Part shown: piece by piece, positions 8,557 to 18,705 of the stretch
Position numbering within the stretch: the stretch's first letter is position 1
How the letters are laid out: each line of letters opens with the position of its first letter
DNA from: a phage
Assembly: GCA_024673055.1 (NCBI GenBank)
Contig: GCA_024673055.1_4537.1
Length of the DNA: 64,000 nucleotides
Reading direction: 5' to 3' (one strand)
Made by a program: the position numbers and the translations under genes
The notes under the pieces: generated by a model
Database searches by the model: none
What the model saw: the letters and a program-made list of their open reading frames with translations, nothing else
What the model was told of the DNA's origin: nothing

Positions 8557-8754
8557 ATGGCCACAAAGAAACAGAAAATGAAATGTCTTACTCTCACTGA
8601 ACTGGGTCAAGCTTCCAACTGCGTTACTGTTGGTAAGATTTATTCTACAGTTCTTGATAAAGACAACAACAGTTTTACTTTCAAAGATGATAACGGAAAC
8701 CCTCAAGTTGGAATCTACCCTTCCTGTGCTTTTGGTACTTGGGAAAAAGTGTAA
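8557..8754 (+). CDS. hypothetical protein (65 aa)
   Basis: ORF with AAGGAG RBS. Confidence 0.45.
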   Translation: MATKKQKMKCLTLTELGQASNCVTVGKIYSTVLDKDNNSFTFKDDNGNPQVGIYPSCAFGTWEKV

Positions 8755-8797
8755 CTAATTAGAGGGTATACTTGTAAACAAGATTAAGGAGGCATTT

Positions 8798-8971
8798 ATG
8801 GGAGATAAACAAAGTAACATCCGTTACGCGCTTTATGGAAGAATGGGTGCAGATTGTGAATGGATGCTTCTGTCGCAACGTATACCCTCTTACAAAGAGG
8901 CTCTTGAAAAAAGAGACTATTATAAACAAACATGGCGTTTTGTCATTTGTAAACACTATTTGGAGGCGTGA
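8798..8971 (+). CDS. hypothetical small protein (57 aa), not in ORF track
   Basis: ATG at 8798 after AAGGAGG RBS; stop overlaps next start. Confidence 0.4.
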   Translation: MGDKQSNIRYALYGRMGADCEWMLLSQRIPSYKEALEKRDYYKQTWRFVICKHYLEA

Positions 8972-9279
8972 TGAGTACATTATCATTAGCAGTTACGGTG
9001 CACCAGTATTACGAAGAAGCTGTAAAAGATTCAGAAAACCCATCTACATTGGTGTTTGAAGATCGGACTGGTCTTAAATGGGTAGAATCTGGGGATGAAC
9101 TCTACTTTTGGTATCCACAAGGTTGCACAAGTAATTCTAATTTGTATAGTTATGAACTGGAGTATCGTGCGCCTGTAGACGAAGATGACAATTACATCAT
9201 GTATTATGTTAATAATGGTTGCGGTGAAACGTTTAATGTAGTATTCTCTAAAGCCTTGAAGTCCGACGAGGAGATGTAA
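8971..9279 (+). CDS. hypothetical protein, tandem paralog 1
   Basis: Shares TLSLAV...H..Y...VKD...P..L.F......W...G.E.Y...ELE(Y/H)RAP...DD..IM..VN.G.GE...VVF with the next gene. Confidence 0.5.
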   Translation: MSTLSLAVTVHQYYEEAVKDSENPSTLVFEDRTGLKWVESGDELYFWYPQGCTSNSNLYSYELEYRAPVDEDDNYIMYYVNNGCGETFNVVFSKALKSDEEM

Positions 9280-9584
9280 TGCGGCACAATACGACTTTAA
9301 GTTTGGCAGTTGCAGCCCACATGCTGTACAATGATTCTGTGAAGGATGAGTTGTCGCCTGTGAGTTTAGCTTTCTATCTGATAGACAGGGATTGGATGTT
9401 CTCTGGTGAGGATGAAATCTACTACGTAAATTCACGCGGTTTTATTGAAAGTTTTGAACTTGAACATCGCGCACCAACAGCAGAAGATGATCGTTTTATT
9501 ATGTTCTGTGTAAATGATGGTTACGGAGAGGTGTATGACGTAGTATTCTTCAAAAACCGACAGAAGACTGAAGAGGAATTCTAA
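9279..9584 (+). CDS. hypothetical protein, tandem paralog 2
   Basis: Paralog of 8971-9279. Confidence 0.5.
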   Translation: MRHNTTLSLAVAAHMLYNDSVKDELSPVSLAFYLIDRDWMFSGEDEIYYVNSRGFIESFELEHRAPTAEDDRFIMFCVNDGYGEVYDVVFFKNRQKTEEEF

Positions 9585-9947
9585 ATGAAAAGGCTACTTT
9601 GTATCCTGATGTTGATGATTGCCACCAATGCTACAGCCGCCCGTGATGGTTTCAAGATTGGGGTGGAAGGTAGCCAATTCTTCACTTGGTATGGTGGTGA
9701 AGCTGTCTACCAGGTGGATGATAAAAAGTATAACTGCAAGTTTGATCGTATAGATCGTGGAGTGGATAATTGGGGTGACGCTTACAAAGCCACAGGTTTC
9801 TATTGCACAAAAGATTTATATATTACAGTCAAAGAACCACAAGACAATAGAAAGGTGTTGTTCATTGTGGTAAACCCTGCTAAATTTGAAGAACGTAAAG
9901 CTTACTATGCAGATATGTTCATTGAATACAAAAAGGAGGAAAAATGA
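9585..9947 (+). CDS. secreted protein with signal peptide
   Basis: MKRLLCILMLMIATNATAA signal-like N-terminus. Confidence 0.5.
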   Translation: MKRLLCILMLMIATNATAARDGFKIGVEGSQFFTWYGGEAVYQVDDKKYNCKFDRIDRGVDNWGDAYKATGFYCTKDLYITVKEPQDNRKVLFIVVNPAKFEERKAYYADMFIEYKKEEK

Positions 9948-10306
9948 GAGAAACAATCGTAGATGTTGTTATTAATGGTCAACGTTATGTGCCTGTTGTA
10001 GAGAAAGCTGAACCAGATGCTTTAGATGTTGTTTTTGAAGACGATGATCTTGGCACTGTTACTGTGCGTGAATATTTCAGACGACTGCTCTCTACACTTT
10101 GGGAAGAAGAAGATAGTTTCAGTGGAAAACGCCCTTTCGGTAACTCTTGCTGGCAGTTCGATTTGATTATTGGTTTGATCGATGCTGGGTACCTGGAAGG
10201 TAAAGTTTATCGTGACGAAGATGGTGGTATAGAAGATACCGACTATGATCGGGAAGAAGCAGATAAACTCATCCAGGGTCTGATCGCACGTATGTGTTTA
10301 GGTTAA
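9944..10306 (+). CDS. hypothetical acidic protein (120 aa)
   Basis: ORF in operon. Confidence 0.5.
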   Translation: MRETIVDVVINGQRYVPVVEKAEPDALDVVFEDDDLGTVTVREYFRRLLSTLWEEEDSFSGKRPFGNSCWQFDLIIGLIDAGYLEGKVYRDEDGGIEDTDYDREEADKLIQGLIARMCLG

Positions 10307-10310
10307 TATT

Positions 10311-10853
10311 GTGGACATAAAAGAACAACTGTTTTATGCTTACTACGCAGGTTGCATAGATTGTGATGGGTCTATTATAAGCAGAAACAGGGAGACTTCA
10401 GACTCCTACACAGTAAACCTTACACAACACGAGAGATCGGCAGAAGAAATGACCGATTTGGCTAAAGAGTTGGAAAGTTATGGATATACTGTCTCTTTCA
10501 CATCGCGCGTAGCTTGGGCTGAAAAATATGATAATTTGATGTATAATATCAATGTTAGCAGCAGAGAAAGTGTGATAAGATTGCTTGAGAATTTAATCCC
10601 TTATCTCCGTTTCAAAAAAGAGAAAGCGGAAGAGGCTGTCAGATTGCTAAAAGTGATGGATGTAAAGCAACCTATCATGTATGGTGTGGATGATAGACAA
10701 GCTAAACGCCGCTACTGGACAGAGGAAGAAGACCAGATTCTTGAAAAGTTAAATAGTGAAGGGTATAGTCATGCAGGGATTGGTAAGGTTCTAAACAGAT
10801 CTCGCAACTCTGTATCCCACAGGTTAATGCGAAATAAGGTCAACACAAAATAA
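10311..10853 (+). CDS. LAGLIDADG-type homing-endonuclease-like protein with C-terminal helix-turn-helix
   Basis: YAGCIDCDGSI resembles LAGLIDADG; LENLIPYLRFKKEKAEEAVRLL typical downstream block; GTG start. Confidence 0.55.
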   Translation: MDIKEQLFYAYYAGCIDCDGSIISRNRETSDSYTVNLTQHERSAEEMTDLAKELESYGYTVSFTSRVAWAEKYDNLMYNINVSSRESVIRLLENLIPYLRFKKEKAEEAVRLLKVMDVKQPIMYGVDDRQAKRRYWTEEEDQILEKLNSEGYSHAGIGKVLNRSRNSVSHRLMRNKVNTK

Positions 10854-10865
10854 GAGGAGAATTTT

Positions 10866-11219
10866 TTGAAAAATATTATTGATGTAGATGTGTTTGGTAT
10901 CACAACACTACAAGACAAACAAGCAACATTGTATTATCATAAAAAAGAGGACCAAGCTTACATCTACATCGGGGCAGAAAAGTTTGGTGTCGGAGATATG
11001 GTTTTAAATGTTGAAGGAGATCTTCCTTTAGAACAAAAGTTGAAAGTTTTTCGTTTCACAAGAGATGTTAAACTAGACGGCGTTATCGCAATCCTACAAG
11101 AAGACCATTATTATATGGTAACTTTCGTTACTCCTGCTTTCTCTGGTCTTAATGGAGAAGAAGCTCTTAACGATGTTATTATCTTAAAGATTGGTAATGC
11201 TTTAAACGATGTAAACTAA
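10866..11219 (+). CDS. hypothetical protein (117 aa)
   Basis: ORF in operon. Confidence 0.45.
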   Translation: MKNIIDVDVFGITTLQDKQATLYYHKKEDQAYIYIGAEKFGVGDMVLNVEGDLPLEQKLKVFRFTRDVKLDGVIAILQEDHYYMVTFVTPAFSGLNGEEALNDVIILKIGNALNDVN

Positions 11220-11233
11220 AGGAGGGAGTGTGT

Positions 11234-11743
11234 ATGTTCTTTGATGCAAATTCTCTTTTTGTATCTACAGCAGGGCAGTCTGCTGTTAATGCAGAATTTG
11301 AGGAAAGAGAAGAATGGATTGATAATCACAACTATGATCCAAGTAATCTAAACTGGTGCAGTTTGGCTGTTGGTAATCTTAGTAGAGATAATGCACTTAG
11401 AGCATACTACTCTGTATATACTGTTGACAATCTTTATCAATACTACGTGTTTCGTAGTTTTATTGTTAATCTTAATTTAGCTGGACGTTTAAAGAACAAT
11501 AAAGCATTCACATTGGGACATTATATTCCCTTCCGTAAAGGTGGTGTGCATTTTCCATGTAATTGGATCATTCAAACACGAAAAGAAAACAGTTTAGCAG
11601 GAGACACCATGCCAAGATTTAAAGATAAGTGGACATGGGAAAAACAAATGGGGTACATTAATGCACATTTGCCACCTAATCTAAAAGAACCTTATGCCAG
11701 CAGAGCTAAGGAAATGATGAGGATTGTCAAGAGTTTTTATTAA
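11234..11743 (+). CDS. hypothetical protein
   Basis: ATG at 11234 after GGAGGG RBS. Confidence 0.5.
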   Translation: MFFDANSLFVSTAGQSAVNAEFEEREEWIDNHNYDPSNLNWCSLAVGNLSRDNALRAYYSVYTVDNLYQYYVFRSFIVNLNLAGRLKNNKAFTLGHYIPFRKGGVHFPCNWIIQTRKENSLAGDTMPRFKDKWTWEKQMGYINAHLPPNLKEPYASRAKEMMRIVKSFY

Positions 11744-11757
11744 GAGAGGAGAAATAC

Positions 11758-13350
11758 GTGTCTACACAATTGAGTTTTACACCTACCGAGGAACAATACG
11801 CTATTGAAAGCGGGTATAAAGAAAATCGTTTCGTTACAATTCAAGCTAAATCTGGATCAGGTAAAACGTCAACACTGTATATGTTGGCTAATGGCACAAA
11901 TGATAGTATTCTATATTTGGCGTTTAACAAAAGTATGGCAGAGGAAGCTCGACGTAAAATGCCGCCTAACGTTATGTGCCGAACGCTACATTCAATCTGT
12001 TACCAGCGTCTTCCACAAAACCTTCGACACAAATTGTCTCGTCCAGAAGGTCAATATGTTAACGTAGCTGGAACTGGTAGTGAGATTGCCAAAAAATTCA
12101 AGATTCAGAATTTGATTGATAAGAATGGTAAAGTGCTACTGACTCGTGCAATGATCGGGTTAATGGTAAAACAAACTTTAGCTAAATATGAGTTTTCTGA
12201 CGATGAACATATTGGACATAAACATTTTCCTAAAGTGCATATGTCAGATCTTAAACGTAAGAACATCAACGAACAAAAACTTATTAACGAAGTTGTTAAA
12301 TATGCGAAGCAACTTTGGCGTGAGCGTATTGATCCTAAATCAGAAACCATTATGACTCATGACACCTATGTGAAACTCTTTGAATTGAGCAAAGAAGATC
12401 TAGGATACGATATTATTTTTGGAGATGAATTCCAGGATGTTAACCCTGCATTCCTGTCTATCCTTCGCAATGCTAAATCGGCTAAACGTATTGTTGTTGT
12501 GGGTGATGAATTTCAGAGTATTTATCAGTTCCGTGGAAGCCAGAACATGATGAAGCAAACGGCTACATATGGGGTTGAGTTGCCTCTGACAGCTTGTTTT
12601 CGCTTTGGTCCTAAAGTTGCGGACATTGCTAATGCGATCCTTTCTGATCGTTCACCTTTGAAGCATCCGCTGGTAGGCAAAGGTTATGATACTGTCACTG
12701 GAAGTTTTCATTCTGATGTGGTAGATTATAGTAAACCTTACACCATTATTTTCCGTAAGAATTTGACTCTGTTGCTCGAAGCTATGGACCGAATCGCTAA
12801 CGGAGAAGAGATTATTATTAACGTAGATACCAAAGATTTCATTTCTATGGTTGATAGTGTTAATGCTTTACGTAGAGGTGATTTGGACAAAGTTAAGCAT
12901 GAGACAGTTCTCCCTTACACTTCTTGGGAAGAATTTGTAGAGTGTGCAGAATCAGATCCTGATGCAAAACGGCTTTTAAACATTGTTGTTTCTGGTAAAG
13001 CTAATAATATTGCATACACTTTACGTATGCACCGTAACTCTCCAACGGCTAAAGTTACTTTAACTACAGCCCACAAATCAAAAGGTTTGGAATGGGATCA
13101 GGTTATTGTTGCAAATGACTTCCCTTCTAATTATGATAAGAAGGGTGAATGGGTAGGTCTTGAAGAATCAGAACGAAATCTTCTGTATGTTGCACATACA
13201 CGTTGTATTAAATGTCTACAATGGAACCGGACTGTTCAAGAGATTCTAGACATGCATCGTTTAGGTAAGAGCACGGCTCCTGTATCCGAAGAAGATAAGC
13301 TTATAGCTGCCCTTGCTCGTAAGATTAATCAAATCAGAGAGGATCGTTAA
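11758..13350 (+). CDS. UvrD/Rep-like superfamily 1 DNA helicase
   Basis: Walker A AKSGSGKTST, Walker B/motif II GDEFQDVN, motif III VVVGDEFQSIYQFRGS. Confidence 0.75.
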   Translation: MSTQLSFTPTEEQYAIESGYKENRFVTIQAKSGSGKTSTLYMLANGTNDSILYLAFNKSMAEEARRKMPPNVMCRTLHSICYQRLPQNLRHKLSRPEGQYVNVAGTGSEIAKKFKIQNLIDKNGKVLLTRAMIGLMVKQTLAKYEFSDDEHIGHKHFPKVHMSDLKRKNINEQKLINEVVKYAKQLWRERIDPKSETIMTHDTYVKLFELSKEDLGYDIIFGDEFQDVNPAFLSILRNAKSAKRIVVVGDEFQSIYQFRGSQNMMKQTATYGVELPLTACFRFGPKVADIANAILSDRSPLKHPLVGKGYDTVTGSFHSDVVDYSKPYTIIFRKNLTLLLEAMDRIANGEEIIINVDTKDFISMVDSVNALRRGDLDKVKHETVLPYTSWEEFVECAESDPDAKRLLNIVVSGKANNIAYTLRMHRNSPTAKVTLTTAHKSKGLEWDQVIVANDFPSNYDKKGEWVGLEESERNLLYVAHTRCIKCLQWNRTVQEILDMHRLGKSTAPVSEEDKLIAALARKINQIREDR

Positions 13351-13602
13351 ATGGCGGGGTATCACATAACAGACATTAAGAAACAACCTTATGGCAGCAT
13401 AGAAAAGATTAAAGAGGAAGTAGAAGAACTTTTTGATGCTGTTGAACAGGATTGCAAAATAATGCAACTTGTGGAATTATCAGATATTATAGGTGCTGTC
13501 GAGGGAGTTTTAGAACAACAGTTCCCAGATATGACTTTACAAGACTTAATCATTATGTCCAACATTACTAAACGCGCTTTCCGCACAGGAGGAAGATCAT
13601 GA
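13351..13602 (+). CDS. small all-alpha protein, possibly MazG-like NTP pyrophosphohydrolase
   Basis: Acidic pattern KIKEEVEELFDAVE...ELSDIIGAVEGVLEQ; weak. Confidence 0.4.
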   Translation: MAGYHITDIKKQPYGSIEKIKEEVEELFDAVEQDCKIMQLVELSDIIGAVEGVLEQQFPDMTLQDLIIMSNITKRAFRTGGRS

Positions 13603-14153
13603 ACGTAGCTGTTATTGCTCAAGCTATTGATTACTACGGGCGATTTGCGGAGATGTTGGAAGTCCCTTATCTTGTAGATGCGGATATCCTTGCATATACA
13701 TTACCAGAAGGTAAAGAGGATCGCCCCTTGGGGCATCCTAATGGTAAGTTCTACGTAGCCAGTGCAGAGCAGTCTTTCCTCCAGATGGAGAAAGATGGGT
13801 TTGAATTTTCAACAGATCATCCTTATATGGCTCTAACACCTTGCTACCGAACAGAAGAAGAGTTGGATGATGTTCATTTTAACATTTTCTTAAAGTTGGA
13901 AATTATTGAGTTTTATCCAGGAGCGTCCGTCAAAGAATATGCCGAAACTATGCGCTATTTCTTTTGGACGTATTACAAAGTTCAAACTCAAATCATAGAG
14001 ACAGATATTGGTCTTGACGTGGAAGATATGTATGGGTTAGAATTAGGTTCGTTTGGGATGAGAACTTCTCCACAAGGTCATCCATATTTATACGCCACTG
14101 GTATCGCAGAGCCTAGGGCATCTATTGCAATAAAACGAGGAGGGTTATTATGA
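13599..14153 (+). CDS. hypothetical protein (184 aa)
   Basis: ORF in operon. Confidence 0.5.
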   Translation: MNVAVIAQAIDYYGRFAEMLEVPYLVDADILAYTLPEGKEDRPLGHPNGKFYVASAEQSFLQMEKDGFEFSTDHPYMALTPCYRTEEELDDVHFNIFLKLEIIEFYPGASVKEYAETMRYFFWTYYKVQTQIIETDIGLDVEDMYGLELGSFGMRTSPQGHPYLYATGIAEPRASIAIKRGGLL

Positions 14154-15496
14154 ATGTATATGCACATAAGCAAGATTTGGTAACAGCGGCAAACAATCGG
14201 GGCTTGTTCGATAGGCTTTGCAAAGCTATTGAGATTGCATATGGTTGGACTAAAGAGACAGATCCTAAACTTACAGGACAATATGCTCTTTTACACGGTT
14301 GCACAAATTTTCCATACATCTGTCACACAGTCGGGACCGATGAATTTTCTGGAGAGCCGACAGTAGGAGATAATGAACTACGTTTTACAGGAGATGCAAT
14401 GCTAGATTTAATTTTTAAGAAAACTAAAATGCTAAAAATTGAAGATGTTTACACAGACACTAGTAACCTTTCTGAAGAAGAAATTGGAGAAATGATTACT
14501 ACTTTCAATAATACAACAGGGAAGAGTTTTTGGACTAAAAGCGATGCTTCCCGTCTTAAACGAGTAGACCCTGCTATTCCAGAAGACGGTAAGAAGTATC
14601 GAAAAGTTATCTTTTACGATAAAATGGCAGGTCTGGATGCTCTACATCTTGAGTGTGGAAGCCTTGTGCCTCCGGCTGTTAGAGAACATGAATTTGCAGT
14701 TGAGGTTGAAGCACAGGAGTTTAAAGATATGTTTTATACTAAGCATGTAAGAAAAGTGGAAGATGTGGAACAACAAAAAGAGACTTTTGAACCAGAAGAC
14801 ACAGAGCCTACCTATATTCCTAATACAGGTATTCAACCTTGTGAGGACTTTGTTCAAGTCCGTTACAAAAATGGTGTTTTAGAAGTATGTAAAGCCAACC
14901 ACTTCGAATGGGAGAAATACGACAGTGAATGGCAGATTGAAGAATATTTTGTTCTCCCAAGAACAGCAAAATACCAAGCCCACATCGGAGGTAGACGCCC
15001 TTGTGATGGTCCTGTTAATGTTCTTTTTCGAAATGGGGACCAAGGAAAAGGTTTGGCAGAGACGTTTTATTGGAGCCACTCTGGAGATGGATCAGATATT
15101 GTAGGTTATATTAAACTTAACCCGTCTCCCCGTTACCGCAAGCGTCGTCAGAAGCCTCCAGTAGGTAAGAAGAGTGTCGTTCGTGTCCTTTACACTACAC
15201 AGCAGACATACACATTTAAAAATGTGGTAGACGTGCAAGTGACCGAGGAGCGAGTTTATATCCAATATGATCGTGAAGTTACAGAGGGTATTAAAGAATC
15301 GGTTACTACCGAAATTGAAAATAAGCTTGTTATGGCAATCATTGTTGAAGAAAGTAAAGTAGAGAACGGTAAAGCCTACACTGTTCGTGATAGCTTCTTG
15401 CGCAACATTGATGGAACTTGGGATTATAATGGACACGATGGGACCGCTGTAAAGAACGGTAAGATCATGGGAAGACAATTCCTCTCCAAACGATAA
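14150..15496 (+). CDS. hypothetical protein (448 aa); weak RNase III-like signature ELRFTGDAML
   Basis: Long ORF followed by a strong terminator; motif resemblance only. Confidence 0.5.
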   Translation: MNVYAHKQDLVTAANNRGLFDRLCKAIEIAYGWTKETDPKLTGQYALLHGCTNFPYICHTVGTDEFSGEPTVGDNELRFTGDAMLDLIFKKTKMLKIEDVYTDTSNLSEEEIGEMITTFNNTTGKSFWTKSDASRLKRVDPAIPEDGKKYRKVIFYDKMAGLDALHLECGSLVPPAVREHEFAVEVEAQEFKDMFYTKHVRKVEDVEQQKETFEPEDTEPTYIPNTGIQPCEDFVQVRYKNGVLEVCKANHFEWEKYDSEWQIEEYFVLPRTAKYQAHIGGRRPCDGPVNVLFRNGDQGKGLAETFYWSHSGDGSDIVGYIKLNPSPRYRKRRQKPPVGKKSVVRVLYTTQQTYTFKNVVDVQVTEERVYIQYDREVTEGIKESVTTEIENKLVMAIIVEESKVENGKAYTVRDSFLRNIDGTWDYNGHDGTAVKNGKIMGRQFLSKR

Positions 15497-15504
15497 AACT
15501 TAAA

Positions 15505-15526
15505 GGCGCACTTTGCGCCTTTTTTG
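15505..15526 (+). terminator. Rho-independent terminator GGCGCA-CTT-TGCGCC + TTTTTTG
   Basis: Hairpin 15505-15519 followed by T-run. Confidence 0.6.
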
Positions 15527-15596
15527 ATTTTCCTCAAAGCTTTTTTCGGTTGGAAGAGGTAGAATAATAGTTCTACTCACAAAATAAGGATTAATA

Positions 15597-17411
15597 ATGA
15601 AAGATTTGTACCAAGATGTTTTTTCTTTTTTAGATCGCACTTCAGAAACATACACTAGAGAGAATGCAAACAAACCTTCCCACCTCGTTAACACGCACAG
15701 GGATCTCTTGGCGGGGATTTTAAGCAAACATATGGCAATGACACAGATACTGCCAAAAAACTTGTCAGAATGGCATACAGAAGGTTTTGGACATATTCAC
15801 GACTTGGATTATCTACTCTCTCCTCTTACAAACTGTTGTCTTGTTAATTATCAAGATATGTTAGAAAATGGTTTTAAGATCGGTGCTGCACAGATAGAAA
15901 AACCAAAATCTATTGGAGTAGCTACCACAGTGCTAACTCAAATTATCCAAGCTGTTGCCTCCAGTCAGTATGGAGGTCAGACGTGTGCGCACATTGATAA
16001 AGGTCTTAGTCCTTATGTTGAAGCTAGTTTCCTTAAAAACATGGAGATAACCAAACGTCGCTACGGTTGTTATGCAAGGAAAGAAGCCCTGGAAATGACC
16101 GAACAAGATGTATATGATGCTATGCAAACTCTCTTGTATCAGGTTAATACTTTAATGAGTGTTAATGGACAATCTCCTTTTATTACAATCAGTATGGGTC
16201 TGGATACCTCTGTTTTTGGCAGAATGATCACAGCTAATTATCTTAAAGTGCATAGTAATGGTCTAGGCAAAGATCATGTAACGCCTGTATTCCCTAAAGT
16301 TATTTTCTTTTTACAAGAAGGTGTTAACATGAAACCTAGTGATCCTAACTATGACCTTAAGCAACAAGCTTTGGCATGTTGTGCTGATCGTATTTATCCA
16401 GATTTTATTTCTGTTCCTTTGAACAAAGAAGTTACGGGATCAGCAGATGGCACTGTTACGAGTATGGGTTGTCGTTCCTTTTTGTCGTACTATGCCACCG
16501 AACAAGGAGAAAAATACGATGGACGATTCAACCTTGGAGTAGTTTCTATCAACTTACCTCTGATCGCTGCGGAAGCGAGAAGTAAAGGAGAATCTTTCAC
16601 CGATCTTCTTAATAAACATATGGAGATAGCCTACGATGCTCACATGCTACGTGTAAACCGTATCAGACATACCAAAGCATCTGAAAACCCTATTCTTTTC
16701 ATGGAAGGGGCTTTAGCGCGTTTAAATGCCAATGATGAAATTGGTGTTTTGTTTGAAGGTGGTTATGCTTCTATTAGTATTGGTTATGTAGGTCTTGCCG
16801 AAGCTTTGGAAATCCTTTATCCAGAAGAAAAAGATAAAAAGGAACTTGGTAAAAGCATTCTGCAACATATGAAAGATGTGTGTGCTGTGTTTAAAGAACG
16901 ATCTAAGCTGGCGTTTAGTCTCTATGGAACTCCAGCAGAATCCTTGTGCTATAAGTTTGCAACAGCTTTAAATGAAAAATACCCAGGTTTGGTAGAAAGA
17001 GACTATCTTACTAACTCTTTTCATCAACCTGTATGGTTGGTAACAAATCCTTTTGAAAAATGGGATTATGAAGCAGGTTTTGCACAGATTAGTAATGGTG
17101 GTAACATAAGTTATGTCGAAACACCAAACTTAAAGAATAACTTAGAAGCTTTGGAGACTTTAGTAGACTACGCTTATGAACATATTCACTATTTTGGTAT
17201 TAATCAGCCCGTGGATCAATGCTTTAAGTGTGGTTTTCATGGAGAATTTAAGGCAACGGCTAAAGGGTTTGAGTGTCCTGATTGTGGCAACCATGAAGAA
17301 GAAACTATTTCTGTAGTTAGACGTGTATCAGGGTATCTTTCTGCCCCTAATTCACGGCCTTACAACAAAGGTAAAATGCAGGAAGTTTTGCAAAGGGAGA
17401 AACATCTTTGA
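15597..17411 (+). CDS. nrdD: anaerobic ribonucleoside-triphosphate reductase (class III RNR)
   Basis: C-terminal zinc ribbon CFKCGFHG...CPDCGN and glycyl-radical motif RRVSGYL. Confidence 0.9.
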   Translation: MKDLYQDVFSFLDRTSETYTRENANKPSHLVNTHRDLLAGILSKHMAMTQILPKNLSEWHTEGFGHIHDLDYLLSPLTNCCLVNYQDMLENGFKIGAAQIEKPKSIGVATTVLTQIIQAVASSQYGGQTCAHIDKGLSPYVEASFLKNMEITKRRYGCYARKEALEMTEQDVYDAMQTLLYQVNTLMSVNGQSPFITISMGLDTSVFGRMITANYLKVHSNGLGKDHVTPVFPKVIFFLQEGVNMKPSDPNYDLKQQALACCADRIYPDFISVPLNKEVTGSADGTVTSMGCRSFLSYYATEQGEKYDGRFNLGVVSINLPLIAAEARSKGESFTDLLNKHMEIAYDAHMLRVNRIRHTKASENPILFMEGALARLNANDEIGVLFEGGYASISIGYVGLAEALEILYPEEKDKKELGKSILQHMKDVCAVFKERSKLAFSLYGTPAESLCYKFATALNEKYPGLVERDYLTNSFHQPVWLVTNPFEKWDYEAGFAQISNGGNISYVETPNLKNNLEALETLVDYAYEHIHYFGINQPVDQCFKCGFHGEFKATAKGFECPDCGNHEEETISVVRRVSGYLSAPNSRPYNKGKMQEVLQREKHL

Positions 17412-17878
17412 ATTTTGCAGGATATGAACCTGTAGATCTTATTAATGGTGAGGGAGTTAGGTGCTCCCTCTGGGTTAGTGGTTGTAGCCACGGTTGTCGT
17501 GGCTGTTTTAACCAAAAAGCCTGGTCTTATTCTTATGGGAAACCATTTACTCACGAAAATGTAGAGCAAGTTTTAAAAGATTTGTCAAGACCGTTTGTAA
17601 AAGGTTTAACAATTTTAGGAGGAGAGCCATTAGATCCGCAGAATATTTACAATGTTAAAAACCTTATAGAAAAGGTTAGAGACGTTTATGGGTCAAGCAA
17701 AGATATAATGGTGTATACAGGATATACTTTTGAGGAAGTGCCTTTGTATATTAAAAATCTTGTTGACATTATTGTAGACGGAAAGTATGAAATAAACAAT
17801 CCAACTACAAAACCTTTCAGAGGGTCAGATAATCAAAGATTATGGACCAAAACGGCAAGTGGTTGGCAATCAGATTAA
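17408..17878 (+). CDS. nrdG: anaerobic RNR activating protein (radical SAM)
   Basis: CSHGCRGCFN cysteine cluster; start overlaps nrdD stop. Confidence 0.85.
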   Translation: MNFAGYEPVDLINGEGVRCSLWVSGCSHGCRGCFNQKAWSYSYGKPFTHENVEQVLKDLSRPFVKGLTILGGEPLDPQNIYNVKNLIEKVRDVYGSSKDIMVYTGYTFEEVPLYIKNLVDIIVDGKYEINNPTTKPFRGSDNQRLWTKTASGWQSD

Positions 17879-17891
17879 CTTAGGAGGTTTC

Positions 17892-18083
17892 ATGGTTACA
17901 TATTTTGCTGTAGGAGATAGAGTAGGGACGGCAGGAGAACTTTTGAAGAACAGTGATCGGGACGTTAAGGACATTCTTGCAACCCTTGTGGATATTTTAC
18001 AAAGAAAAGAGTTGCTTTCTGATCGAGATGTTGCTAAATTACTTGATATCGGAGGAGATGAACTTCAAAGACTTCCATTTTAA
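17892..18083 (+). CDS. hypothetical small protein (63 aa)
   Basis: ATG at 17892 after TAGGAGG RBS. Confidence 0.35.
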   Translation: MVTYFAVGDRVGTAGELLKNSDRDVKDILATLVDILQRKELLSDRDVAKLLDIGGDELQRLPF

Positions 18084-18098
18084 GTGAGGAGATAAGTG

Positions 18099-18704
18099 AT
18101 GCAACATAGTGTAGTAGTTAACATGCCAAATAGCGGGGATAAATCTTTTGGTGTCCCTGCTAAAAAAGTGTGGAAAGCCCATTTTCATCTTACTTTATCT
18201 AACGTTAGTTCTGAAGAGTTGATGAAAGCAGCTAAGATTATTGGTGCCAAATGCACAACAATTGATTTACATCGGGATACAAAATCTCAACGTGATCGTA
18301 TGTTAACAAAATATCAAAGCGATCTCGACACTACTTTAATGTTGCAGTGTGTAGAAAAACTTGAGAATGCAGGTTTCAATGTTGTTCGTTACAAACTGGA
18401 ACGAATGTTTAAACATGTCGCCTGTGTTCTTTTCATGGATCTAAGTAAAGAAAATTATGGAGAAGTTCACATTAAGACTTCAGCAAGTGATCCCGAAGTA
18501 GAAACAAACTTCTTCCGTATTTCTTCTAATGCTGAAGAAATTGATTACCGATTTTATAATGCTCGCTTATATTCCGCAGAAGATAAGTTGCGTTTCAATG
18601 AAGCGTATGAGATGCTCTTGAACAGTGGGACACAGATAAAAGGCTACCACATAGAACAAGTGGTAGTGGACAGTAATCTTAATTTAGACGCATGGTGGGC
18701 TTAA
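18099..18704 (+). CDS. hypothetical protein; possible 2H-phosphoesterase-like fold
   Basis: HFHLTLS (HxTx) near N-terminus, second His-containing block GEVHIKTS; uncertain. Confidence 0.45.
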   Translation: MQHSVVVNMPNSGDKSFGVPAKKVWKAHFHLTLSNVSSEELMKAAKIIGAKCTTIDLHRDTKSQRDRMLTKYQSDLDTTLMLQCVEKLENAGFNVVRYKLERMFKHVACVLFMDLSKENYGEVHIKTSASDPEVETNFFRISSNAEEIDYRFYNARLYSAEDKLRFNEAYEMLLNSGTQIKGYHIEQVVVDSNLNLDAWWA

Positions 18705-18705
18705 T

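Noticed and set aside
8835-9059. Track ORF of 74 aa on plus strand
   Set aside because: Out of frame with and overlapping two better-supported genes (8798-8971 with AAGGAGG RBS, and 8971-9279)
14150-15496. RNase III assignment for the 448-aa protein
   Set aside because: Only one signature-like motif (ELRFTGDAML); no other supporting features, so kept as hypothetical
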